Positions 1-10,053 are shown, counted from the stretch's first letter. The stretch: 64,000 nt of DNA from an uncultured Lachnospiraceae bacterium (GCA_964516925.1 CAZEXL010000006.1:1854-65853), one strand, 5' to 3'. The notes: a model not told the origin generated them from the sequence alone. Numbers and translations: made by a program.

Positions 1-939
1 TACGTTTTCGGCGAAAATAACGATTATGACGAAGACGATGACGACTACGACGAAGACGATGATGATGGCGACAACGTCGAAAGTGTGCGAGAAAGCGTTG
101 AGACGGAAGAACAAAAAGACGGAACGATCGATTTGAGTTTTATTCGTCGCGATCTAGAACAAGAAAAGGCAATTGGGATTAAAGATATCCGTTTGCATGC
201 TTATTGGGCACCGACAAACGAGAAACGAATGATACTATTCGGTGAAATAATAGTAGACCAATCGATTAAGTCCGGCTTTTATATTCAAGGTCTTGTCTTT
301 GATAAGGACGGTGATTTATTGCAAACAAAGACAAACGGCGATTACGGCGATGGTAATTCTTGGTACGCGCGTAGGTGCGTAATGCCGGAATTGATTTTTA
401 CAAGGTATCCGCTTGTGCTTTCGTTTAATTTTGAGAGTAACGAAGTGCCTAACGGAACGACGATAAAGCTCGTGGCGCGCGTTGCAAAAGAAAGGGCTAC
501 AGACGTTGCGGTCGTGCCTAATGTAGGAGTTGCTACGCTTAACGTCGATAACGAATTGGCGAAAATATCGTCTTGCGTCTGTGCGCAAGTGCAACGAATG
601 GAAACGGGTGAGAAAATTCCCGGAGCGGCGGTTGGATATTACGTGGAAGATTATATCGGCGCCGACGAGATTAAATGCAATTTCTTTAAAGGCAGTAATT
701 CTAACACTTTGGTTTTTACGACGATCGTTAAGGGGAACGTCGCAAAAGACGGACAGATTTATTATTTGTTCTACAACGAAAAAGAACAATTAATTGAGTA
801 CAGCATTAAACATTTGCGCGTAGATGAAAGCACGGAAAAGGCTTTTTCTGATTTTACGTTTATTCCTAAAAGCGAAAGAATCGGTAAAATTTTAGTATAC
901 GTCGGAGCTCACGCTAACGCGCTTCCGTCGCTTTTGTAA
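1..939 (+). CDS. hypothetical protein, 5'-partial (frame is open from base 1; the track start at 85 is an internal GTG)
   Basis: Frame 1 has no stop from base 1 to the TAA at 937-939. Bases 1-84 encode YVFGENNDYDEDDDDYDEDDDDGDNVES, an Asp/Glu/Tyr acidic tract. I recognise no motif in the rest. Confidence 0.55.
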   Translation, partial: YVFGENNDYDEDDDDYDEDDDDGDNVESVRESVETEEQKDGTIDLSFIRRDLEQEKAIGIKDIRLHAYWAPTNEKRMILFGEIIVDQSIKSGFYIQGLVFDKDGDLLQTKTNGDYGDGNSWYARRCVMPELIFTRYPLVLSFNFESNEVPNGTTIKLVARVAKERATDVAVVPNVGVATLNVDNELAKISSCVCAQVQRMETGEKIPGAAVGYYVEDYIGADEIKCNFFKGSNSNTLVFTTIVKGNVAKDGQIYYLFYNEKEQLIEYSIKHLRVDESTEKAFSDFTFIPKSERIGKILVYVGAHANALPSLL

Positions 940-959
940 AAAATAATTTAAAAATGCAA

Positions 960-1430
960 GCAAAAGAAGATTAAACTACCTTTCCCCTATAATGGATTTA
1001 TACAACCGAGAGATTATCTCTTATTCGATTTCTAAAAGTCCAAACTTTTGGCAAACAAGAGAAATGCTGCAAGGATTATTTGAGAAACTCCCGAATGGAG
1101 CAAAGCCTTTGCTCCATTCGGATCAGGGCTGGCAATACCAAATGCGAGAATTTCAGCGTATGCTTGCCGAGCATGATATACGACAAAGCATGTCAAGGAA
1201 AGGCAACTGTTTGGATAATAGTTGTATGGAAAATTTCTTTGGTAGGTTGAAAACGGAAATGTTTTACGGGGAAACATTCCAAAGTACGGATGAATTCATC
1301 TGTACTTTGGAAGAATACCTTTGGTATTATAACAACGAGAGAATTTCTCTTAAATTAAAAGGAATGAGCCCTGTACAATACAGAACTCATTCGCAAATTT
1401 AATATTTTTTTGTCTAAACTTTGGGGTTCA
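960..1430 (+). mobile_element. IS3-family (IS150-like) insertion sequence remnant, 5'-truncated
   Basis: Only the C-terminal part of an rve-type transposase is present. The reading frame gives LNYLSPIMDLYNREII starting about 975, directly after the stop of the upstream gene. Downstream, ...actttggggttca (ending ~1430) fits the IS3-family 5'-TG...CA-3' terminus. No left end or orfA is visible. Confidence 0.65.
992..1402 (+). pseudogene. IS3-family transposase OrfB, C-terminal fragment (first catalytic Asp and the N-terminal HTH region are missing)
   Basis: The translation contains HSDQGWQY (second DDE Asp), DNSCMENFFGRLKTEM (catalytic Glu region) and YNNERISLKLKGMSPVQYR, the typical IS3/IS150 C-terminus. 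At 136 aa it is far shorter than an intact OrfB. Confidence 0.8.
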
Positions 1431-1591
1431 CTTCATAAAGTTTGCTCTTTTTTTGCGTGTAAAAGAAGCTTGAATAATTTTGCATCAAAAAACAAATATT
1501 ATTTTCGAGGCAGATATGAGAAGGATAGAAAGGAGTATTAACAACTTGTTTAACGAAGAAGATCGTGAAATATTTGTTAGAGTAAATGTAA

Positions 1592-2056
1592 ATGAAAAAT
1601 AATTCAAATGAGCGCAATCAAAGATATGAAAAATATGTCGAGTCAGTAACGCCAAAAACAGAAACGTGGCATTCATTATGGAATTCGTTTTGGATAGGCG
1701 GGCTAACTTGCACGATAGCGCAGATCGTAGGTGACGTATATTATGAGTTATTCCCACATCTTGGAAAAGATCTTATCGTAAGCTTTACTTCAATGACGAT
1801 TATTACAATTGCGATATTATTTACAGGACTAGGCTTTTTTGACGTAATAGCTCGAAAAGGCGGGGCGGGATCGTTTTTACCGATAACGGGTTTTGCAAAC
1901 GCTATGGCGAGTGCCTCCATGGAATTTAAGACTGAAGGATTAATAATGGGAACTTCCGTAAAAATGTTTTCGGTTGTCGGTCCTGTTGTGGTGAATGGAA
2001 TCGTATGGTCGGCAGTTGCGGCGGTGATTAATGCGTTAATCATGGGAGGCGTATAA
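1592..2056 (+). CDS. spoVAC: stage V sporulation protein AC (SpoVAC, dipicolinate channel component)
   Basis: 154-aa membrane protein with IGGLTCTIAQ and LPITGFANAMASA motifs matching remembered Bacillus SpoVAC. It is followed by spoVAD and spoVAE. Confidence 0.85.
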   Translation: MKNNSNERNQRYEKYVESVTPKTETWHSLWNSFWIGGLTCTIAQIVGDVYYELFPHLGKDLIVSFTSMTIITIAILFTGLGFFDVIARKGGAGSFLPITGFANAMASASMEFKTEGLIMGTSVKMFSVVGPVVVNGIVWSAVAAVINALIMGGV

Positions 2057-2061
2057 AGAAC

Positions 2062-3126
2062 ATGAACGTAATTTTGCATAAAGGAGAAAATTGCAATTTT
2101 ATTGCAAACAAGCCAAGCGCAAAAACTACTGATGCAAAAAATCAAACGATAGTTTTTAAAAATCCGCCGTATATTCAAGGCAGAATGAGCGTCGTGGGTG
2201 TAAAAGAGGGTAAGGGACCCGTAGGAAAATATTTTCATAGAGTTTTATCCGATGATAAAATGGGCGAAAAGTGTTTTGAAAATGCCGAAATAAAAATGCT
2301 TACTGCCGCTATTAACGGCGCAGTTAAGGATTCGCACATTAATCCTAGTGATATAGATATGATTATTTCCGGCGATTTACTTAATCAAGTGACCACTTCT
2401 AACTACGTTGCAAGACAATATAACGTACCGTATCTTGGCGTTTATTCGGCGTGTTCAACTATGACCGAGGCACTTAATCTAGCGTCTACTTTTATCAGCG
2501 CGGGACACTTTAGTAATGTTATATGCTCTACGGCAAGTCATTTTGCGACTGCAGAAAGAACGTTTAGATATCCGCTTGAATACGGTTGTCAAAGACCGCC
2601 TTACGCACAATGGACAGTTACGGGAGCCGCAAGTACCGTACTTTCGTCCAAGGGGAGCGGACCTAGAATTACGATGGGAGTTGTGGGCAGAGTGGTTGAT
2701 TTCGGAGCAACAGACCTTAATAATATGGGTGCGGCAATGGCGCCGGCAGCTATGGATACGATGCTTGCGTTATTTAAAGAAACTAATTCAACGCCAAATG
2801 ATTTTGATCTAATTATTACCGGGGATTTAGGCAAACTCGGATCGGATATTTTGCGTGATCTTATGATTGAGCAAGGCTATTATCTCGGGCAAAGATATAT
2901 AGATTGCGGAAACATGATGTACGATTGTACTCAAAAATGCTATCAAGGCGGTAGCGGAGCGGCGTGTAGCGCTACGATATTTAATTCATACGTACTTGAT
3001 AAAATAATTAACGGAACGTATAACAAGGTGGCATATTTTGCAACCGGAGCTTTAATGAGTACGCAAAGTTGCTATCAAGGCGAAAGTATACCGTGCATTT
3101 CGCATGCAATAGTTGTAGAGAGGTGA
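2062..3126 (+). CDS. spoVAD: stage V sporulation protein AD (SpoVAD, thiolase-like fold)
   Basis: Motifs GDLLNQ, NYVARQ, ATAERTFRYPLEYGCQ, MAPAAMDT, GGSGAACSA, ATGALMS and ESIPCISHAIV line up with B. subtilis SpoVAD. Confidence 0.9.
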   Translation: MNVILHKGENCNFIANKPSAKTTDAKNQTIVFKNPPYIQGRMSVVGVKEGKGPVGKYFHRVLSDDKMGEKCFENAEIKMLTAAINGAVKDSHINPSDIDMIISGDLLNQVTTSNYVARQYNVPYLGVYSACSTMTEALNLASTFISAGHFSNVICSTASHFATAERTFRYPLEYGCQRPPYAQWTVTGAASTVLSSKGSGPRITMGVVGRVVDFGATDLNNMGAAMAPAAMDTMLALFKETNSTPNDFDLIITGDLGKLGSDILRDLMIEQGYYLGQRYIDCGNMMYDCTQKCYQGGSGAACSATIFNSYVLDKIINGTYNKVAYFATGALMSTQSCYQGESIPCISHAIVVER

Positions 3127-3129
3127 ATT

Positions 3130-3507
3130 ATGAATTCCATGATAGAAAACGTTTTAACGTATTTGGTTGTGTTTGCATCAGGTGGAGCTATTTGTGCCAT
3201 TGCGCAAATACTAATAATAAAAACGAAACTAACACCTGCGCGGATATTGGTAATTTTTTTAATCATAGGGATTGCCTTGGAGGGGATAGGTTTATATAAA
3301 CCTATTAATGAGGTGCTGCAAGCCGGTATAAGTGTGCCGATTATAGGTTTTGGAGCGTCGTTAGCCCGCGGCGCAATAGAATATACGAAACAAATAGGTT
3401 TGCTTGGCGCCCTCGGCGGTGGGCTTATACGTAATGCGTTAGGCATAGGCACTGCGGTTGTGGCAAGTTACGTTGTAACGTTGTTGTTTTCTCCAAAGTC
3501 GAAGTAA
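3130..3507 (+). CDS. spoVAE: stage V sporulation protein AE (SpoVAEB-like membrane protein)
   Basis: 125-aa membrane protein with GGAICAIAQILI..TKLTPA and VPIIGFGASLARGA, as in SpoVAEB. It is the third gene of the spoVA cluster. Confidence 0.85.
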   Translation: MNSMIENVLTYLVVFASGGAICAIAQILIIKTKLTPARILVIFLIIGIALEGIGLYKPINEVLQAGISVPIIGFGASLARGAIEYTKQIGLLGALGGGLIRNALGIGTAVVASYVVTLLFSPKSK

Positions 3508-3538
3508 CATATTTACGGATCCAAACATATATCAATAT

Positions 3539-4183
3539 ATGTTTAAAGTTCGTAAAAGAAAGCTAAAAGTAATATTAGCAGTTTGCGTGTCGATTGCGCT
3601 TTTGGCGTTACATATAGTTATAAACGTTAATCCAATAATAAAAGAAGTTTCACAAAAAGAAGTTCAGGCGCTGGCAGAGATTGCTGTGAATAATGCTTGT
3701 GAAGAAGTATTAGAAAAATATCCTGTTTCGGATGTAGTAAATTACAAAACGGACGACGTCGGAAATTTGGTATTGATAACTACGAATACGGCAATAATGA
3801 ACGTTATAGCAAGAAAAGCAACGGATTTATCGTATAAAAAATTATCTTCATTAGGTGAAAGCGGTGTTCCTGTGCCGCTTGGCAGTATGAGCGGAATAAC
3901 GTTATTGTCGGGATGTGGACCTGATGTTTATGTTAAGGTTTGTCCCGTCGGCTCGATAGATTCAAACTTTAAATCGGAATTTGTTGCCGCAGGTATCAAT
4001 CAAACGTGTCATAAAATTATACTTAACGTTAACAGCGACGTAAAAGTTATAATGCCGGGAATGAACAATATAGTAAAAACCGAAACGCAAATAGTTATAT
4101 GCGAAAACATAATCGTTGGTAAGGTTCCCGAAACGTATTTAAACATCGATAATTTATCAGAGTTACTTAATCTTGTGCCGTGA
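3539..4183 (+). CDS. yunB: sporulation protein YunB
   Basis: 214 aa with an N-terminal TM segment. VPVPLGSMSGITLLSGCGPDVYVKVCPVGS and the later IIVGKVPETY resemble B. subtilis YunB (IPLGQVTGNSLLGNLGPKIPVRF...). Confidence 0.7.
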   Translation: MFKVRKRKLKVILAVCVSIALLALHIVINVNPIIKEVSQKEVQALAEIAVNNACEEVLEKYPVSDVVNYKTDDVGNLVLITTNTAIMNVIARKATDLSYKKLSSLGESGVPVPLGSMSGITLLSGCGPDVYVKVCPVGSIDSNFKSEFVAAGINQTCHKIILNVNSDVKVIMPGMNNIVKTETQIVICENIIVGKVPETYLNIDNLSELLNLVP

Positions 4184-4197
4184 ACACCCTAAAACGC

Positions 4198-4226
4198 TTG
4201 ATTTTTATTTGTTGTTGTGCTAATAT
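4198..4226 (+). promoter_or_regulatory. sigma-A type promoter for the pheST leader
   Basis: TTGATT (4198-4203), 17-nt spacer, tgcTAATAT (extended -10, hexamer 4221-4226). Confidence 0.5.
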
Positions 4227-4234
4227 AATAAGGC

Positions 4235-4447
4235 AGTGATTGTGGCAAAAGAAATGTTCAAATAACAGAGAGCGTTTGTAGCTGAGATAACGCGCGAACA
4301 ACTATATTCACCACAGGAGCACGTTATTGAAGTAGTAGTAGGTAACCGTCGGGAAACGTAAATCCTAGAAATGAGGCCGCAAGGCGAAATTAGGTGGTAC
4401 AGCGCAATACAAGCGCCCTAATATATACGTTAGGGGCGCTTTTTATA
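4235..4447 (+). promoter_or_regulatory. T-box riboswitch leader, Phe specifier (UUC)
   Basis: Stem I base is uugugg (4240-4245) paired with ccacag (4311-4316). The specifier UUC at 4307-4309 is followed by the conserved purine. An AGAGA box lies near 4267. The T-box sequence aaattaGGTGGTACagcgc is at 4387-4405. The terminator arms are 4412-4421 and 4430-4440, followed by TTTT. pheS lies directly downstream. Confidence 0.9.
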
Positions 4448-4487
4448 TAAGTGCTAGGCGGCGATATACGTTAAATTCGGAGGAAAA

Positions 4488-5504
4488 ATGAAACAGAAAA
4501 TTTGCAATCTTGTAAATCAAACAAAGAAAAAGCTTAATGCGGTTTCTTCTGCCAAGGAATTGACCGATTTAAAAGTTTCGATTTTAGGTAAAAACGGAGA
4601 GCTTACGTTGATTTTGCGTGGCTTGAAGGACTTATCCGATGATGAGCGTCCTTTAATGGGTAAAATCGTAAATGAAGCTAGGACGGAAATAGAGACTTTA
4701 ATAAATAAAAGATACGTCGACCTTGAAAACAAGGAGCTTAACGAAAGGCTAATGAAAGAAAAGGTTGACATTACTATCGATCAAAAAACGGCTATCGGAA
4801 AAATTCATCCGCTTAATGTGATAAAGCGCAAGGCAATAGACTTTTTTGTTTCGATGGGATTTTTGGTTACCGATTCACCCGAAATCGAGACGACTTATTA
4901 CAATTTTGACATGCTTAACATTCCGTTTGACCACCCGGCAAGAGAAATGCAGGATACGTTTTTTGTAACGGAAAAAATACTTTTAAGGACGCAAACGTCG
5001 GCAGGACAAATTAGGACAATGGAAAAGATTAAGCCGCCTATAAAAATGATTTCTCCCGGCAGAGTTTTTAGAAGCGACGAAGCGGATGCAACGCACACGC
5101 CGTGCTTCCATCAGTTAGAAGGCTTGGTTGTTGATAAGGGTATAACTATGTGTGACCTTAAGGGCATTTTGGCATCGTTTGCAAAGCATTTCTTTTCTGA
5201 AAATTCGTCTATCAGGTTTCGGCCGTCGCATTTTCCGTTTACGGAACCTAGTGTAGAAGTTGACGCCGCTTGTCCGCATTGTGGAGGTAAAGGCTGTAAC
5301 GTTTGCAAAGGGACGGGTTGGATAGAAATTTTAGGTGCGGGCATGGTAAACAGGCACGTACTTAGCGGATGCGGAATTGATCCGGACGTTTACACGGGAT
5401 TTGCTTTTGGTGTAGGTCTTGATCGCATTACGGCGATTTGCCATGGCATAAACGATGCGCGTGTTCCGTTTGAAGGCGACGTGCGTTTCTTGAAACAGTT
5501 TTAG
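4488..5504 (+). CDS. pheS: phenylalanine--tRNA ligase alpha subunit
   Basis: 338 aa with class II motifs (FRPSHFPFTEPS, GFAFGVGLDRI). It follows the Phe T-box and has the SD ggagg. Confidence 0.95.
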   Translation: MKQKICNLVNQTKKKLNAVSSAKELTDLKVSILGKNGELTLILRGLKDLSDDERPLMGKIVNEARTEIETLINKRYVDLENKELNERLMKEKVDITIDQKTAIGKIHPLNVIKRKAIDFFVSMGFLVTDSPEIETTYYNFDMLNIPFDHPAREMQDTFFVTEKILLRTQTSAGQIRTMEKIKPPIKMISPGRVFRSDEADATHTPCFHQLEGLVVDKGITMCDLKGILASFAKHFFSENSSIRFRPSHFPFTEPSVEVDAACPHCGGKGCNVCKGTGWIEILGAGMVNRHVLSGCGIDPDVYTGFAFGVGLDRITAICHGINDARVPFEGDVRFLKQF

Positions 5505-5513
5505 GAGGAAGCG

Positions 5514-7931
5514 ATGAAATTACCGATAAGTTGGCTTAAAGAGTTTGTTGATACCGATGCCGAAGTTAAAGAAATCTGTGAGGCGCTAGTAGGCGTCGGG
5601 TTTGAAGTTGAAGAGATTATAAATTATGGCGAGGATATTTCAGGAGTAGTCGTAGGTAAAATCGTAGATATACGGCCGCATAATAATGCGGACAAACTTA
5701 AGGTTTGTTCCGTAGATATCGGCAACGAAGTCCTTACAATAGTTACGGGTGCAAATAATATTAAAGTAAACGATATGGTGCCCGTAGCTTTAGACGGTGC
5801 AATTTTACCGGACGGTAAACAAATTAAAGCGGCTCCGCTTCGTGACGTTATGAGCTACGGAATGATGTGTTCGGGCGGCGAACTTAAAATAAGCGATGCG
5901 TTTGTGGACGGCGCCTCTGTGGACGGAATAATGATTCTTAGCGATAATTTGACTCTTGGAGAAAATATAGTTACTGCGCTAGATTTAAAAGATACGGTCC
6001 TTGACGTGTCGATAACGGCAAACAGGTCTGATTGTCATTCCATTTTAGGTTTGGCGCGTGAAGTTTATACCGCGCTTATAAGTTTAGGCAAGTATGGCGC
6101 GCGTTCTGGGCGTTTTTCTGCAAAATTTACGATGCCTTCGTTCGATTTTTCTTATTCTAAAAATAGTGATTTGAGGTTCCCGACGGTAAACGTAACTTCT
6201 TTGGATTGTCCTGCGTATACAAGCGCGCTTTTGGGCGACGTAAAAATAGAAAAAAGTCCTAAGTGGATGCAACGAAGATTGTTTATGTGCGGTATCAATC
6301 CGATAAATAACGTGGTAGATATAACGAATTACGTATTATTGGAAATAGGGCAACCGTTGCATGCATTCGATCTTGAAATGATTGATGGAAACATCAACGT
6401 TCGAAAAGCAACCGAAAAAGAGAAAGTTATTGCGCTTGATAACGTTGAGTATGAAATGTCACAAGATGCAACGCTTATCTGTGACGATAAAAAAGCTTTA
6501 GCAATAGCGGGAGTAATGGGCGGTAAATATAGCGGAATATCGGAAAACACGAAGTCTGTTTTTTTGGAAAGTGCTAGATTTACTCGCGGAAGCGTAAGAA
6601 GTACCTCTTTAAAGATAGGCTTAAGATCGGATTCGTCGGCAAGATTTGAACGTGGCGTTGATAATTACGGTGTTGAATTCGGACGCCGAAGAGCATTATC
6701 TTTATTTGAAAAGCTAGGAGCGGGCAAAATAATTGCAGATAGACCGATGATATTGCCTGAAAATAAAGTTATATCTACGACTATAGACGACATAAACGGC
6801 ATTTTGGGCATAGAAATACAGAAGAAAGACATGGTTGATATTTTGCAATCTCTCGGAATGGACGTGTCGAGCGAGTGTAGGACACTTAGCGTAAGAGTTC
6901 CGCATTATAGAGAAGACGTTGATAACTTTACGGATCTTGCGGAAGAAATTATAAGGTTCTACGGTTACGACAAAATGAAAGAAACTTTTATGCCCACTGC
7001 GACCGTAACGATCGGAGGAATGTCCGAAAAACAAAAACGCATAGAGGAAATCAAAGACTTGATGTGTGCGCATGGGGCGTATGAAATTATGACGTATTCG
7101 TTTACCGACGAACGTGTTTTTGACAAACTTAATTTTGATTCGGAAGATAAGCGCAGGTGTGCAATTCGTATAATTAATCCGATAAGCGAAGATCTGTCGA
7201 TAATGAAAACGGAACTTGTTTCCGGAATGGTTTCTGTAATAGCGACCAATTTAACGCGTAAAAACGACAATTTTAGATTGTTTGAACTTGCGCGAGTTTA
7301 CGAAGCCGAACAACTTCCGATAGTAAAATTGCCGTCTGAAAATGACGTATTGTGCGTCGGCACGGTGGGAAAGAATGAAAGTTTTTATGAAATTAAAAAT
7401 ATATTTACTTCGGTTTTAGAACGGTTTAATGTTAAATACGAGCTTAAAGAAAGTTCTCAATCGTTTTTGCATCCGGGCATAAGCGCGGATTTGATTGTTA
7501 ACGGAGTCGTTGTTTGTTCGTTCGGTAAAATTCATCCTACCGTTTCAAAGAACTTTGGAATTAAAAAGTCTGATTTTTATATTGGATATTTGAATTGTAA
7601 TGTAATAACTGAAGCAAAAAGCGCGATCGCAAAATATAAAGCGCTACCCAAATTCCCTCCGGTCGAGCGTGATTTGGCATTTATAGCCAAGGAAAGCTCT
7701 CCGGTGGGCAGCATAATAGATGCAATAAAAAATAGCAATAAGCTTGTTGGCGACGTTGAGCTGTTTGATATATATCGCGGCGAACAAATCGAAAGCGGGT
7801 ACAAAAGTATTGCTCTTAAAATTAAACTCGTTCCTATTGATAAAACGTTGGTCGATGCAGAAATTACAAAAACAATGAAATGCATAATCGACATGCTAAA
7901 AGAACGATTTGACGCTAAGGTGAGAGAATAA
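5514..7931 (+). CDS. pheT: phenylalanine--tRNA ligase beta subunit
   Basis: 805 aa with an N-terminal tRNA-binding domain (MKLPISWLKEF...) plus B3/4, B5 and FDX-ACB regions. It is adjacent to pheS. Confidence 0.95.
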   Translation: MKLPISWLKEFVDTDAEVKEICEALVGVGFEVEEIINYGEDISGVVVGKIVDIRPHNNADKLKVCSVDIGNEVLTIVTGANNIKVNDMVPVALDGAILPDGKQIKAAPLRDVMSYGMMCSGGELKISDAFVDGASVDGIMILSDNLTLGENIVTALDLKDTVLDVSITANRSDCHSILGLAREVYTALISLGKYGARSGRFSAKFTMPSFDFSYSKNSDLRFPTVNVTSLDCPAYTSALLGDVKIEKSPKWMQRRLFMCGINPINNVVDITNYVLLEIGQPLHAFDLEMIDGNINVRKATEKEKVIALDNVEYEMSQDATLICDDKKALAIAGVMGGKYSGISENTKSVFLESARFTRGSVRSTSLKIGLRSDSSARFERGVDNYGVEFGRRRALSLFEKLGAGKIIADRPMILPENKVISTTIDDINGILGIEIQKKDMVDILQSLGMDVSSECRTLSVRVPHYREDVDNFTDLAEEIIRFYGYDKMKETFMPTATVTIGGMSEKQKRIEEIKDLMCAHGAYEIMTYSFTDERVFDKLNFDSEDKRRCAIRIINPISEDLSIMKTELVSGMVSVIATNLTRKNDNFRLFELARVYEAEQLPIVKLPSENDVLCVGTVGKNESFYEIKNIFTSVLERFNVKYELKESSQSFLHPGISADLIVNGVVVCSFGKIHPTVSKNFGIKKSDFYIGYLNCNVITEAKSAIAKYKALPKFPPVERDLAFIAKESSPVGSIIDAIKNSNKLVGDVELFDIYRGEQIESGYKSIALKIKLVPIDKTLVDAEITKTMKCIIDMLKERFDAKVRE

Positions 7932-10051
7932 TGGCTGAAATTCTTGCTCCTGCCGGCAATTTTGATATGCTTAAAGCTGCTGTTTGCAACGGTGCAGATG
8001 CAGTTTATTTAGGCTTAAATAAATTCAGCGCGAGAGCAAAAGCGGAAAATTTCAACAACGAGCAATTGAAAAATGCGATCGAGTATGCTCATCTTTACGG
8101 TGTGAAGATATACGTGGCAATCAATACGATAATGAAGAACGACGAACTTTCGGAAGCGCTTAACGAAGCGGAGCGCGCGTTGTCGTTAGGCGCCGACGCA
8201 TTGATCGTGCAAGATTTGGGTTTTGCGCAACTGTTAAGACGTAAGTTTCCTACCGCGGTGTTGCATGCAAGTACGCAAATGGGTATTCATAATTTGGAGG
8301 GAGCGATTGTCGCAAAAAAGCTTGGATTTTCCCGAATAATATTGGCTCGCGAAACGCTTTTTGAAGATATCATTAAGATAAAACAAAACGTAGATATCGA
8401 GGTAGAATGTTTTGTTCAAGGCGCGCTTTGCATTGCTTTTTCGGGTAATTGCTATTTTAGTAGTTTCGTAAGCGGATATAGCGGCAATCGCGGCAAATGC
8501 ATGCAACTGTGTAGAAAAAAATACTCGATTAAAAACGGAAGTAAAAATATAAGCGGATACTTGCTCTCGTCAAAAGATCTTATGCTTGCCATGCGTATTA
8601 AAAAGTTACTTGACGCCAAAGTGGATTGCTTTAAGATAGAAGGACGGTTGCGAAGATCGGAATATGTTGCCGAAGCTGTTCGTGTTTATAAAAAAGCATT
8701 ACGCGAAGCTGTTGATCAAGAAGATATCGTTTCTTTAAAAAAGACGTTTAATCGTGGCGATTATACGGAAGGACATTTGTTTTGCGCAACCAATAAAGTA
8801 CTTGACGTTAATATCGCATCACATATGGGGGTATACTTTTGTAAAGTAACAAAAGTAATCGGACGTAAAGCCGTATTAAATCGTAATCTAAACAGTGGAG
8901 ACGGAATTAAATTTTTACGTAACGGAAAAGAAGTGGGTGCTGCGGCGATAACAAGGAATGGTAACGAAACGGGCTTTGAAGGCAACGTTAGACCGGGAGA
9001 CGACGTTTATATAACTACTGATTCTGAATTCAATGCTAGAGTAAACGAAAGGAGTAAAAAAATTTCGGTTGATGTTACGCTTGATTTTGATAGAGCGGCT
9101 TTATTTGTAAGTACCGAAGAAAGCGAAGTCGAAATTAAAATCGGTAACGTGCAACCTGCCATAAACGTGCCTCTAACGGTAAACGAGCTTAAAAACAACT
9201 TCAATAAATCCGAATATTTCGTTACGCGCAAAGTGAATATTAAAGGCAATGTTTCGGCATTTATTGTTAAGTCCGAATTAAATGCTTTACGTAGAAATGC
9301 GTATGAATTACTTAAAAAGAAAATCTTAAGTGATTATCTAAAAAAACGTGCAAAATATAACGGCAATTTCCTTACTATATCTGACATAATGAGTGACAAT
9401 TTGGATAATTTATTAAACAATAAGAAAATTTATCAAGTTGAATCACCTGAGCAGATAACCGACGATATGGAGATTGTCGTTGTTAATCCGCAAGAATATT
9501 CCGTAGAGAGAATGCTTGAATTTAAGAGTTATTTCAAAAATGCATTTTTGAACCTTCCGTTTATTGCTCGAGGGAAAGACGTTGACGTTTTAAGGGATAT
9601 AATAAAGAATTGTAATTTTAAAGGTTATATAGTAAATAATTTATATGGGTTAGAGCTTGTAAAAGATAGGCGCGTGATCCTAGGGATCGGGCTTAATTTG
9701 ATTAATGACGTTATTGATGTCGATAAAATTTATTCGATTGAATCTGACATATTTTTAAAAAACGGTTACGTTTATGCGCAGGGTAACGTGCCGCTTATGA
9801 CGTTTTGCCATTGTGAAAGAAAAGAATTGCTAAGCGATTGTAAAAATTGCGACGGTGTAAACGTTGCTTTATCGTATGAAGGCAGAGAATTTTATTTAAG
9901 AAGATATAAAATTCATTATTGTTACGGGCAACTTTTGAATTGTGCAACGTTAGACGTGCTAAACAAAGGCGTAGAAAAAGCATTTATAGATTATTCTTAC
10001 AAAAGGGCTAATGGCACGACAAAAGGCAATTACGGCAGAGGACTCAGGTAG
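7931..10051 (+). CDS. peptidase U32 family protein (long form with Cys-rich C-terminal extension)
   Basis: The N-terminus ILAPAGNFDMLKAAVCNGADAVYLG, and later IEGRLRRSEYV, are typical of the U32 family. Confidence 0.8.
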   Translation: MAEILAPAGNFDMLKAAVCNGADAVYLGLNKFSARAKAENFNNEQLKNAIEYAHLYGVKIYVAINTIMKNDELSEALNEAERALSLGADALIVQDLGFAQLLRRKFPTAVLHASTQMGIHNLEGAIVAKKLGFSRIILARETLFEDIIKIKQNVDIEVECFVQGALCIAFSGNCYFSSFVSGYSGNRGKCMQLCRKKYSIKNGSKNISGYLLSSKDLMLAMRIKKLLDAKVDCFKIEGRLRRSEYVAEAVRVYKKALREAVDQEDIVSLKKTFNRGDYTEGHLFCATNKVLDVNIASHMGVYFCKVTKVIGRKAVLNRNLNSGDGIKFLRNGKEVGAAAITRNGNETGFEGNVRPGDDVYITTDSEFNARVNERSKKISVDVTLDFDRAALFVSTEESEVEIKIGNVQPAINVPLTVNELKNNFNKSEYFVTRKVNIKGNVSAFIVKSELNALRRNAYELLKKKILSDYLKKRAKYNGNFLTISDIMSDNLDNLLNNKKIYQVESPEQITDDMEIVVVNPQEYSVERMLEFKSYFKNAFLNLPFIARGKDVDVLRDIIKNCNFKGYIVNNLYGLELVKDRRVILGIGLNLINDVIDVDKIYSIESDIFLKNGYVYAQGNVPLMTFCHCERKELLSDCKNCDGVNVALSYEGREFYLRRYKIHYCYGQLLNCATLDVLNKGVEKAFIDYSYKRANGTTKGNYGRGLR

Positions 10052-10053
10052 AC

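Noticed and set aside
1741-2238. 165-aa minus-strand ORF overlapping spoVAC and the start of spoVAD
   Set aside because: It is antisense to well-supported spoVA genes, has no SD, and has low-complexity composition.
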